The notes beneath the pieces were generated by a model that made no database searches, had not been told where the DNA came from, and was given only the letters and a program-made list of their open reading frames with translations. From NCBI GenBank assembly GCA_019057385.1, contig JAHQJS010000005.1, positions 320,799 to 384,798 on the forward strand: DNA of 64,000 bases, given 5' to 3'. The translations under genes were made by a program, and so were the position numbers. Origin of the DNA: Candidatus Borrarchaeum weybense (GTDB lineage Archaea > Asgardarchaeota > Sifarchaeia > Borrarchaeales > Borrarchaeaceae). Numbering within the stretch: the stretch's first letter is position 1; the number at the start of each line of letters is the position of its first letter. Positions 41,389 through 50,154 of the stretch are shown piece after piece.

Positions 41389-41895
41389 ATGGCTGAAGAG
41401 ATTTTGAAGAAGATACCAGCGGAGAAACAATGGGCAATAGCGTCTAAAACCTTTACCACAACAGCAACAGCTATGAGCATGATGTATGGGGATGTCGTGG
41501 GCCCTGAAAAGAACAAAGAGATTTTAATTGCGTTATGGGGTGGAGGCGGTAAAAGTTCGTATCCACGAATGAAGGAAGCCTTCAACATACCAGTAGATGA
41601 TGCAATTGGAGTGGCTACTTTAGGCAGTGTTACTTCAAAAGTAAGCATGGGACCTGAACTAGAGTCCGAGTTAGTCGAGGCGGCCCCAGAAAGAGCTGTA
41701 GTTAGAGTGACGAAGTGTCCGTGGTGGGAAAGATATAAGGAGTTTGGTATAACTGAGGGAGCAATTTGTGATGCAAGTCATACAGCAAATGCTACAGAAG
41801 GGGTCAAAGCAGTTAATCCTAAGATAACGTTCAAGATGACGAAGGCATTACCAAGAGGAGATCCATACTGCGAACTGGTGTACGAGTCTAAGTAA
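41389..41895 (+). CDS. V4R/ATC-hydrolase-like domain protein (short subfamily)
   Basis: TKCPWW, CDASH and KALPRGDPYCE. Confidence 0.8.
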   Translation: MAEEILKKIPAEKQWAIASKTFTTTATAMSMMYGDVVGPEKNKEILIALWGGGGKSSYPRMKEAFNIPVDDAIGVATLGSVTSKVSMGPELESELVEAAPERAVVRVTKCPWWERYKEFGITEGAICDASHTANATEGVKAVNPKITFKMTKALPRGDPYCELVYESK

Positions 41896-41968
41896 GCTTA
41901 AACCGTAGGCTTTTGTGTGGAAAATACAAATCCCATACAGTCTCCACATTTTTTTTTGGAAATGTTTA

Positions 41969-41988
41969 AGCGCCGAGGAGGGGCGCTC
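41969..41988 (+). promoter_or_regulatory. Conserved leader hairpin
   Basis: AGCGCCGAGGAGGGGCGCTC. Confidence 0.75.
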
Positions 41989-42021
41989 TACAAATACCCA
42001 GGGTAAGGAGAGGAGGAAAAA

Positions 42022-42534
42022 ATGGCTGAAGAGATTTTAAAGAAGATATCACCTGAAGAGAAATGGGCCTGGACTGCTAATACTCATACCGCAACCCTAG
42101 TGATAAGAGGAGAAAATACCCTTGCGCCTCTTATAGGGGCTGAAAAGTACAAAGAGATAAATACCAAGATATATGGTGAAGGTGGTAAGATCCTGTTTCC
42201 AATGGTTAAAGAAGCTTACAATATTCCTGTTGAGGATGCCATAGGTGCATCTATATTAGCTACTGTTGTTGGTGAGTTAACTGTAGGGCCTGGATTCGAA
42301 GGTGAAACGGTGGAAGAGACCCCAAAGCGAGTTGTTGCTCGAACAACGAAGTGTCCATGGATGGAGAAGTACAAAGAGTATAATGTAAAACCCAAGTATA
42401 TCCCTTGTGTCGAAGGTCATGAAGCTTGGGGGGACTTAGGAGTCAAGGCAGTAAATCCCAGGCTATCTTTCAAGATGCTGAAGGCAATGCCAAAAGGCGA
42501 TCCCTACTGTGAATATGTCTTTGAGTTTGAGTGA
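42022..42534 (+). CDS. V4R/ATC-hydrolase-like domain protein (short subfamily)
   Basis: TKCPWM, CVEGH and KAMPKGDPYCE. Confidence 0.8.
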   Translation: MAEEILKKISPEEKWAWTANTHTATLVIRGENTLAPLIGAEKYKEINTKIYGEGGKILFPMVKEAYNIPVEDAIGASILATVVGELTVGPGFEGETVEETPKRVVARTTKCPWMEKYKEYNVKPKYIPCVEGHEAWGDLGVKAVNPRLSFKMLKAMPKGDPYCEYVFEFE

Positions 42535-42601
42535 GCCCATTAAACTGGCTCTAGTGCAGTCTTGACCCTTATATCTTCTCCACTTTTTTTGGAAATGTCT
42601 A

Positions 42602-42621
42602 AATGCCGAGGAGGGGCGTTC
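42602..42621 (+). promoter_or_regulatory. Conserved leader hairpin, compensatory variant
   Basis: AATGCC-GAGGAGG-GGCGTT keeps the pairing (A-U, U-G). Confidence 0.75.
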
Positions 42622-42653
42622 TACAAATACCCAACTTAAGGGAGGTGAAAGAG

Positions 42654-43028
42654 ATGGTAGTAAAGATAATCTATACTTGTAATTTCTTACCAGGCAAACA
42701 GCAGGAGTACCTTGAGTGGGCTCAGAAAGCGGTGCCGATTTTTTTGGCCCCCGAAGAACTGAAGAAAATGAGTGCTTATCAGAATTGGTTAGGTCACTCG
42801 ACCCCAATGCGATGGGTAGAGTTTGAGTTTGAGGATATGAAAGCTTATCAAAAGTATTGGGCACGAGAAGAGATTATAAAGGTAAGTGACGAGTGGGCCA
42901 GCATAACAACAAACCAAGAAGCTAAGATATTATTGCTAGTTTATCAGAACTCGCGAGAAGACCCCTCTACTTGTTGGGGGGATGAATCGTGTTACGTGTT
43001 CACTTTCACAGTGGTCCCCAACACTTAA
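42654..43028 (+). CDS. Dimeric alpha/beta-barrel-like protein; C-terminus altered by an insertion (native end ...LVYEKAK* at 43210)
   Basis: GGAGGTG before ATG 42654; PGKQQEYLEW...EFEDMKAY..YW pattern. Confidence 0.65.
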   Translation: MVVKIIYTCNFLPGKQQEYLEWAQKAVPIFLAPEELKKMSAYQNWLGHSTPMRWVEFEFEDMKAYQKYWAREEIIKVSDEWASITTNQEAKILLLVYQNSREDPSTCWGDESCYVFTFTVVPNT

Positions 43029-43195
43029 ATAAGGTGTGGTACCTCTGGTAGTTAGAATTGAGCTGAGGTCACACTCGCCACTTCTCATATTAACCATGCA
43101 TTCAGGGCAGGAACTGCCCGTAGAGCCTGTTTGACATGTCCCGGTGGGGAATGAATGATTCAGGAAGCCAGCCTACTTGTAGGGTGGTAGTTCAC
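42945..43195 (+). mobile_element. Non-autonomous IS200/IS605 derivative with an omegaRNA-like right end
   Basis: Follows TTTAT; left-end hairpin CCCCTC..TACTTG..GGGGGGATGAA; right end CAGGAAGCC..CTACTTGTAGGGTGGTAGTTCAC; excision restores the host reading frame. Confidence 0.8.
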
Positions 43196-43517
43196 GAAAA
43201 GGCGAAATAACAACATGTTCATAAAGAGTGGTTGTTTTTCAACCAATTTTCCTTTTTTTCAAAAAAACAGTAAGTTTGTATGTTTACATTTGTCAAATTA
43301 TTAGTTTATGTAAACGCAAATTCTTTTAAAGATTAGTCTCAATTAAGAGAAAGAATTTTGATATAACCTGCTGTCGAGTTTTGGTTTTTAATACCTTTAC
43401 GAAGGTAAAGATTTGCTTTACGTAAACGGATAAACTTATAAGTCATAAGTTGTAGATGAACCAAGAAAAGAGATCTTTTAATTTAATAATGTCTCAATAA
43501 TTTTTACATTTGTAAAC

Positions 43518-44972
43518 ATGACTTTAAAAGAAATGCTATCTATTGGATTGATTGTGATGGATGATCTCATAGTGAATACACAAAACTCAGCAGCGCTTCT
43601 GAAAGAGAAGATAGCAGCAAATTTACAGCTTTTCAGAAAAGAGAATTACGATCTTCAAAATGTAACTAGACCCCAACTTTTTGAGGATATCTTTCCTTAT
43701 GATCAGTTTCCACGAATAATTTTTGATAATGTCCATTGCCCGATAAATTTACCGGAAAAAATCTATATTACTGATACAACGTTTCGTGATGGGCAGCAGG
43801 CGCGTCCTCCATTTACGGTTGAACAGATCCTAACCTTATATGATTTCTTACACGAATTGAGCGGTCCAAAGGGAGCAATTCGGATGAGTGAATTTTTTGT
43901 GTACTCCCAAAAAGACCAATTGGCAGTTAAGAAGTGTATTGATCGTGATTATGAATATCCAAAAGTAACTGGATGGATTCGTGCGACTAGAAGTGACCTT
44001 CAACTTATTAAAGAAATGAAAATTGAGGAAACAGGAATCTTAACGTCTGCATCAGATTATCATATCTTTTTCAAGTTAAACATGACGAGACAAAAAGCTA
44101 TGGATAAATATCTAAGTATTGTAACATCTGCAATCGAAAGCGGTATAATTCCCCGCTGCCATCTTGAGGATATTACAAGAGCAGATCTCTATGGCTTTGT
44201 CCTTCCCTTTGTGCAAGAACTAATGAAACTTGCTGAAAAATATGACATCCCCGTTAAAATCAGAGCATGTGATACTCTGGGGATCGGACTGCCGTTTTCC
44301 GAGGTTACACTCCCAAGAAGTGTGCCAAAGATCATTTACAGCCTACAGTGTGAAGGTGGCGTTCCCTCAGAATGGTTAGAATGGCATGGCCATAATGACT
44401 TCCATAAGGTTCATAGCAACTCTTTTGCTGCGTGGCTATATGGCGCAGCTAATGTAAATGGGACATTGTTAGGCATAGGGGAACGGACTGGTAATAGTCC
44501 AATAGAAGGATTAGTGGCCGAGTTGGCATCGCTCTATCCGAATCACGGCATCAACACAGTAATACTTACTGAGATCGGAGAGTACATGAAATCTATAGGC
44601 GTGGACTTTCCTGAAAACTATCCTCTTCTCGGAGATGACATCACAAAAACGCGTGCTGGCGTCCATGCAGATGGAGTAATGAAAAATGAACGTGTATATT
44701 CGGCATTTGACCCACAGAAATTACTAAACAGGCCATTTGAAGTTGCTGTAACTGACAAATCAGGCCTTGCAGGTGTTGCGTGTTGGGTTCAATTATATTT
44801 CAGAAGTTGCAATATACATTCTGTAGTTGACAAGACCCATCCTGGAGTTAAAAAGATGCACCAATGGGTTACAATGCAATACGAATCAGGTCGAACAACT
44901 GCTATTTCTGATCGTGAAATGATAGAGCTAGGCGTTCAATATTTGCCTGACTATTTTTCATCAAATCTCTAA
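43518..44972 (+). CDS. Re-citrate synthase-like DRE-TIM metallolyase (isopropylmalate/homocitrate synthase family)
   Basis: ITDTTFRDGQQ.RPP, SEFF.Y, RCHLEDITRAD, EWHGHNDF and GIGERTGN; directly upstream of icd. Confidence 0.8.
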   Translation: MTLKEMLSIGLIVMDDLIVNTQNSAALLKEKIAANLQLFRKENYDLQNVTRPQLFEDIFPYDQFPRIIFDNVHCPINLPEKIYITDTTFRDGQQARPPFTVEQILTLYDFLHELSGPKGAIRMSEFFVYSQKDQLAVKKCIDRDYEYPKVTGWIRATRSDLQLIKEMKIEETGILTSASDYHIFFKLNMTRQKAMDKYLSIVTSAIESGIIPRCHLEDITRADLYGFVLPFVQELMKLAEKYDIPVKIRACDTLGIGLPFSEVTLPRSVPKIIYSLQCEGGVPSEWLEWHGHNDFHKVHSNSFAAWLYGAANVNGTLLGIGERTGNSPIEGLVAELASLYPNHGINTVILTEIGEYMKSIGVDFPENYPLLGDDITKTRAGVHADGVMKNERVYSAFDPQKLLNRPFEVAVTDKSGLAGVACWVQLYFRSCNIHSVVDKTHPGVKKMHQWVTMQYESGRTTAISDREMIELGVQYLPDYFSSNL

Positions 44973-45045
44973 AGGAAAATTAAATAATAATTGAAATAAA
45001 TGGAGATTGACTCTCTCCATTCTGTTTTTATTGGAGTTGGCAAAT

Positions 45046-46293
45046 GTGGTTGAATTTGACAAACTTGAGTTACCTAAGGAAGGTACTCGCATAACGATCG
45101 AAAATGGTGAATTACTCGTACCACACGACCCTATTATTCCATTTATCGAAGGTGACGGGATAGGACGCGAAGTAATCAATATAGCGAGACATATCTTAGA
45201 CGAAGGAGTAAAAAAGGCATATGGTGGAACTCATCAAATAGTTTGGCTGGAAACATATGCTGGTGGAAAAGCTAAAGAACTATATGGCAAACTACTCCCT
45301 GATGATACTATTACAGCAATTGCTCATTTCTTTGTAGGTCTAAAAGGTCCAGTAAGGACTCCAGTCAGTGGTGGATATAGAAGCGTTAACGTACAATTAC
45401 GACAATCTCTTGATCTTTATGCAAACATTCGACCAATTTTTCATATCGAGGGAGTTCCTACTCCAATCGTTCATCCAGAAACAGTTGATCTCGTCATTTT
45501 TCGTGAAAATACGGAGGATTTGTACGGAGGTCTTGAATGGCCTGCCAAAAGCGAACCAGCAAAACAAATTGGCAATTTCTTGTTTCAGCAATTGAAAGTG
45601 GAAACTAGAATTGATGCAAGTCTAGGACTTAAAGTAATTAGTGAATATGGTACAAAGCGCATAATGAGGAAAGCCATCCAATATGCCCTCATACACGACA
45701 GAAAACGTATTACGCTTGTACATAAGGGCAATATAATGAAATTTACCGAAGGGGCATTTAGAGAGTGGGGATATGAGGTTGCGAAAGAAGAGTTTGGTGA
45801 CATAACACTTACCGAAAAAGAACTAGAAGAAAAATATAATGGAACGCTTCCTGCTGGAAAGATCGTAGTCAATGACCGGATTACCGATGCTATGTTCCAA
45901 GAAATTCTGCTTAGGCCAAAAAACTACGATATTTTGGTTGCACCCAATCTTACTGGTGATTACATGTCTGATGCTGCAGCAGCTCTCATTGGTGGGCTTG
46001 GAGTTGCCCCTGGAGTCAACATGGGTGATCATATTGCTGTTTTTGAAGCAATACATGGAACGGCTCCAGACATTGCAGGAAAAAATATCGCAAATCCTAG
46101 CTCTGCGATCCTCTCTGGAATACTGATGTTGGAATATTTAGGTTGGCAAAAAGCAGCTAGCACAGTCTTTCAAGCAGTGCGAAAAACTATACAAAATGGA
46201 AAAGTAACAGCTGATCTGGCGAGGCTTCTTAAAGGAATCACATCCGTGAGCACAACAGAATTCGCGGATCGTGTTATTGCCAATATGAACTAA
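45046..46293 (+). CDS. icd: Isocitrate dehydrogenase
   Basis: IPFIEGDGIG, TPV.GG.RS.NV, RENTEDLY, VHKGNIMKFTEGAF and FEA.HGTAP. Confidence 0.95.
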   Translation: MVEFDKLELPKEGTRITIENGELLVPHDPIIPFIEGDGIGREVINIARHILDEGVKKAYGGTHQIVWLETYAGGKAKELYGKLLPDDTITAIAHFFVGLKGPVRTPVSGGYRSVNVQLRQSLDLYANIRPIFHIEGVPTPIVHPETVDLVIFRENTEDLYGGLEWPAKSEPAKQIGNFLFQQLKVETRIDASLGLKVISEYGTKRIMRKAIQYALIHDRKRITLVHKGNIMKFTEGAFREWGYEVAKEEFGDITLTEKELEEKYNGTLPAGKIVVNDRITDAMFQEILLRPKNYDILVAPNLTGDYMSDAAAALIGGLGVAPGVNMGDHIAVFEAIHGTAPDIAGKNIANPSSAILSGILMLEYLGWQKAASTVFQAVRKTIQNGKVTADLARLLKGITSVSTTEFADRVIANMN

Positions 46294-46432
46294 TAGTTCT
46301 ATTATTTATTCTTGAATTTTACATTTTAATTTGCCCAGATCTCCTTTTTAATGCTATTTCTTGAAACTAAGTTATTTATACCCGTAATGCTATATGCTGA
46401 ATTTGCTATTCAACTCAAAAGGTGAGCAGAAA

Positions 46433-46993
46433 ATGGGGGAGACATCAAAAGACTTATTGAAGAGGTTTCCTGCTGAGAAATGCTGGGCACTGACAACCAA
46501 AATACTACAAGGTCTATTAGTATTAAGCGGTTCAAAGAACTTACCGGCTATTTTAGGTACGGAGGATGGTTTCATCTCGCCTGTCCGGGGTTGGGAAAAG
46601 CATGAGGAAGTAACCCCTAAGATATATGGTGAAATCGCCAGGAAATTTTTTCCATGGGTCGAAAAAATGTTTAGCATACCGGTAGAAGATATAATAGGAG
46701 TTACAAAACTATATATTGTTGCTACAACATTTCTTATGGGTCCTGAGTTTACGACTGAAATAATCGAGACAACCAAAGAAAAAATCAAAATCCGAGTTCC
46801 TACGTGTGGATGGACGGAACGGTTTAACGAACATAAGGTACCTATTGAGTTTAGGATTTGCTATCCTGCCCATAACTCATGGGCTGAAGAAGGGTTGAAG
46901 GCAATTAATCCTAAGATAATTCACAAGTTCACTAAATCAATGGGAAAAGGAGACCCATTTTGTGAAATAATAATCCAGTTTAAAGAAGAGTAA
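46433..46993 (+). CDS. V4R/ATC-hydrolase-like domain protein (long subfamily)
   Basis: TCGW, CYPAH and KSMGKGDPFCE. Confidence 0.8.
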   Translation: MGETSKDLLKRFPAEKCWALTTKILQGLLVLSGSKNLPAILGTEDGFISPVRGWEKHEEVTPKIYGEIARKFFPWVEKMFSIPVEDIIGVTKLYIVATTFLMGPEFTTEIIETTKEKIKIRVPTCGWTERFNEHKVPIEFRICYPAHNSWAEEGLKAINPKIIHKFTKSMGKGDPFCEIIIQFKEE

Positions 46994-47036
46994 ACAATAA
47001 AACAACTAGAAGGAGAATGAAAAATGGGGGGGGTTA

Positions 47037-47573
47037 TTGGATAAGATTCAATGTGAAAAGTGTTGGGAATTAACCGCTAAAACGCTCATCAGATTTATAG
47101 TATTACAAGGCGATAAACTCATTGCTCCTCTTTTAGGAAGAGGTGAAGGTGTCATTGCCCCTGTTATGGGCAAGGAAAAATGGTTAGAGATAAACGAGAA
47201 GGTATTTGGCGAAGGTGGTAAGCAACTTTATCCATGGATTAAAGAAGCCTTTAATATTCCAGTCGAAGATGTAATCGGAGCAGTTAACTTAGTCATAGTC
47301 GGTGAAACACTAATGGGTGGAGGTTTGATCAAGCATAAATTAGTCGCGACAACCCCAGAAAGGGCCGTACTCAAAATAACAAAGTGTCCGTGGTGGGAGG
47401 GTTATGAAGAATTTGAAGTAGACCCTGAGCTTAGAGCTTGCGACCCTGGTCATCCAATTATGATTGAAGAGGCGTTCAAGATAATTAATCCTAAGATATC
47501 TTACACGCTCACAAAGGCATTACCCCGAGGGGATCCTTACTGTGAGGAAGTCTTCGAGTTTAAGGAAGAGTAG
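47037..47573 (+). CDS. V4R/ATC-hydrolase-like domain protein (long subfamily)
   Basis: TKCPWW, CDPGH and KALPRGDPYCE. Confidence 0.8.
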   Translation: MDKIQCEKCWELTAKTLIRFIVLQGDKLIAPLLGRGEGVIAPVMGKEKWLEINEKVFGEGGKQLYPWIKEAFNIPVEDVIGAVNLVIVGETLMGGGLIKHKLVATTPERAVLKITKCPWWEGYEEFEVDPELRACDPGHPIMIEEAFKIINPKISYTLTKALPRGDPYCEEVFEFKEE

Positions 47574-47599
47574 ACTTAAAATTAAGAAGGTGAACCCGT

Positions 47600-48172
47600 A
47601 TGGCTGAGTTAAAGAAGAAGTTCACAACTAAGGCATTATTAGAGCAAATTCCAGCTGAAAAGGGTTGGGAAATAACCGCTCAAGCACTCACTAGATTAGT
47701 AGTTTTGAGAATACATACGGCCAGACCCGTTCTGGGGGTTGGTGAGGGGATCATTTCACCTATTTGGGGTTTGGAAAAGTATCTAGAGATAAACACAAAG
47801 ATTTTTGGCGAAGGTGGTAAGAAATTGTTTCGAATGGCTAAAGAGATGTTTGACATAAAAGTAAATGATTCTATAGACGCTGCTAATTTAAGCATCGTTG
47901 CTGCACAATTACTATGCGGTCCTGAGCAGAAAACTGAAATAGTAGAGGCAACTCCAGAAAAAACTGTAGTCAGATGGAGTAAATGTGCTTTTTTCGAGAG
48001 GTACAAAGAGCACGAGATAAATCTTGAGCTTACAGGTTGCCGTTATGGTTGCCCAAAGTGGGCTGAAGAGGGACTCAAGGCAACGAATCCTATGATAACT
48101 TGCAAGCCTAGGAGGCAAATGCCAACAGGTGACCCTTACTGCGAATATATCTACGAGTTTAAGGAAGAATAA
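47600..48172 (+). CDS. V4R/ATC-hydrolase-like domain protein (long subfamily)
   Basis: SKCAFF, CRYGC and MPTGDPYCE. Confidence 0.8.
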   Translation: MAELKKKFTTKALLEQIPAEKGWEITAQALTRLVVLRIHTARPVLGVGEGIISPIWGLEKYLEINTKIFGEGGKKLFRMAKEMFDIKVNDSIDAANLSIVAAQLLCGPEQKTEIVEATPEKTVVRWSKCAFFERYKEHEINLELTGCRYGCPKWAEEGLKATNPMITCKPRRQMPTGDPYCEYIYEFKEE

Positions 48173-48186
48173 GTTTTTGGAAATAG

Positions 48187-49116
48187 TCATCCAGCACTCA
48201 GAATCGCATCGATTTTTTCACTAACGTCTTTGGTTTTATCAGTTAATGGTTTTAATTGAATATCCTGTACAGATCTCACGCCATCTATTCCAAGTTTTAC
48301 TGCCCACGCAATTTGTTCTTGCTCAAAGATTTTACCTTGGGAAACTTCAGGTGTTGTCCCGTATGATCGTAATAATGCCACACCAACCGCGTCAATAGCT
48401 ATACGATCTGTTCCTGCTATTAAAAGCCCTGGTTGTATTAACTCGCCTATCTCTGGTCCTTGATTCTTAAAACCTGAAATCGCATCAAGAAGCACTAAAG
48501 CAGGTGTATACGCTTCGTTAATTTCGGCTATCAATATCCTCTGTGCTTTTACCATCCTCTGCACTTTTGAGTGATGTAACTCCGCCATATAATCATACCT
48601 ATCCCATGGATTCCTCTTAGCAATCATACCGACGGAATTTTTGAGAGATAACGTAAAATGCCCACCAAATCGATGAGTTTTCAAATTACATGTCTGAATG
48701 ATTTTATCTGCTTCTTTGAAGACGTTGGCAATGAGAAATCCTCGCTTCCAGGAGCTTTTTTTGTCTTCTTTTTGAATTTTTGTAAATTTTTCGTAAGAGA
48801 GCATATCCAAATTGACCAACCGAAACCCGAGTTCATCAGCTAAATCTTCCACTCCCATCTTCATAAGCACGGACCATGTCACTCCCATCCCAGAGCGTGC
48901 TCCTAGATTAATTTCTTTTGCACCTTCTTTTTGTAAACGTGTGACAAGAGTTCTCAGCGTGTCGATATGGGTTGATGCAGGATACGGATCTGCACTGTTA
49001 TAATTTGCTTTTAACGCGATATTCTTATCCCTTATCTCTAAGGAATATTGATCAAGAAGTGCATTAATCCCTTCTACTCTATCCTCTGTTTTGATCAAAA
49101 ATACGTCTGTTTTCAC
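48187..49116 (-). CDS. DUF362 domain protein
   Basis: KANYNSADP.P.STH, LKTH.FGGHFTLSLKN and D.IAIDA. Confidence 0.85.
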   Translation of the reverse strand: MKTDVFLIKTEDRVEGINALLDQYSLEIRDKNIALKANYNSADPYPASTHIDTLRTLVTRLQKEGAKEINLGARSGMGVTWSVLMKMGVEDLADELGFRLVNLDMLSYEKFTKIQKEDKKSSWKRGFLIANVFKEADKIIQTCNLKTHRFGGHFTLSLKNSVGMIAKRNPWDRYDYMAELHHSKVQRMVKAQRILIAEINEAYTPALVLLDAISGFKNQGPEIGELIQPGLLIAGTDRIAIDAVGVALLRSYGTTPEVSQGKIFEQEQIAWAVKLGIDGVRSVQDIQLKPLTDKTKDVSEKIDAILSAG

Positions 49117-49223
49117 ATTTATTCTCTCCTATCTAGATGTTTTATTGAAGAGTTCAACAATTATAAGTATCGAATTAGGTAATAGCAGTCTATTATGAAA
49201 GGAACGGTAGGACTTTTGTCTCT

Positions 49224-50015
49224 TTAAAGTATTCCTTTGTAGAACCCACCATCGACTTGAATAGCAGTTCCTGTAATATTACTCGCTTTTTCGGAGGCAA
49301 GGAATACAACAAGATTCGCAAATTCTTCTGGAGTCCCTAAACGTCCTAAAGGAATTGCATCAGTCCAACCACGTTTTGCATCTTCCTCTGATATGCCTTC
49401 TCTTTCAACACGTGCCTTTACTAAATTTTCTAAACGTTCTGTGGCAGTAGCTCCTGGGCAGACCGCATTAACAAGGATATTGTCAGGTCCTAATTCGTTG
49501 GCTAGTGTTTTTGATAAACCTATAACCCCTGCTCGCAATGAGTTTGATAATACCAGGTTTTCCAACGGCTGTTTAACAGAAATAGAGGTCGAATGAATAA
49601 TCCGTCCGCCTCCCTGCCTCTGCATATACGGAATCACTTCTTTGCACAACCTCACAACGCTCAGCAAATTTAATTCAAATGCATTTTTCCAATCTTCATC
49701 ATTAAACTCCATAAACTGGCCTGGTGGGGGGCCACCAGCATTAGTGAAGAGGATATCAATGCGTGCAAATTTTGTTATCGTGTCTTTGACTAGGTTTTTG
49801 ATGTCTTCAGCCTTAGTTAAGTCAGTAACAACAGAAAGGACTTCTGTGCCAGTAGCATTCCGTATTTCTTCAGCAGTTTTCTCAAGAGTGTTTTTATCTC
49901 TGGCACATATGACCACTTTCGCTCCTTCTCTTGCTAATTCAAAAGCAACTGCCTTTCCGAGACCTTTACTTGATGCTGTAACTAGTGCAACCTTATTTTT
50001 CAATTCTAAATCCAT
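49224..50015 (-). CDS. Short-chain dehydrogenase/reductase
   Basis: VTASSKGLG, NAGGP, IPLGRLG.PEE and VDGG. Confidence 0.92.
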   Translation of the reverse strand: MDLELKNKVALVTASSKGLGKAVAFELAREGAKVVICARDKNTLEKTAEEIRNATGTEVLSVVTDLTKAEDIKNLVKDTITKFARIDILFTNAGGPPPGQFMEFNDEDWKNAFELNLLSVVRLCKEVIPYMQRQGGGRIIHSTSISVKQPLENLVLSNSLRAGVIGLSKTLANELGPDNILVNAVCPGATATERLENLVKARVEREGISEEDAKRGWTDAIPLGRLGTPEEFANLVVFLASEKASNITGTAIQVDGGFYKGIL

Positions 50016-50154
50016 AAAAAGTCACCCTTCGTTAAATAGTTCAAAAATATGTGTGACATAAGTTAAAAAGATGAAGTATTGAGGTAATTGCATTATCCCA
50101 CCAAAGGAAACTTCTTCACTTCAGTGGTACATTTTTAACTATTATGAAAAGTTC

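Noticed and set aside
40051-42621. Regularly spaced repeats as a CRISPR array or integron attC sites
   Set aside because: The spacers are ~630-bp whole genes, the repeat is only 17-20 bp, attC R/L boxes are absent, and no cas or integrase gene is in the window
42603-42653. N-terminal extension MPRRGVL of ORF 42603
   Set aside because: It is the leader hairpin; the real start is ATG 42654 after GGAGGTG
39068-48172. Selenocysteine or pyrrolysine readthrough signalled by the hairpins
   Set aside because: No in-frame internal TGA/TAG; stops fall at the conserved family C-terminus and the hairpins lie 5' of genes
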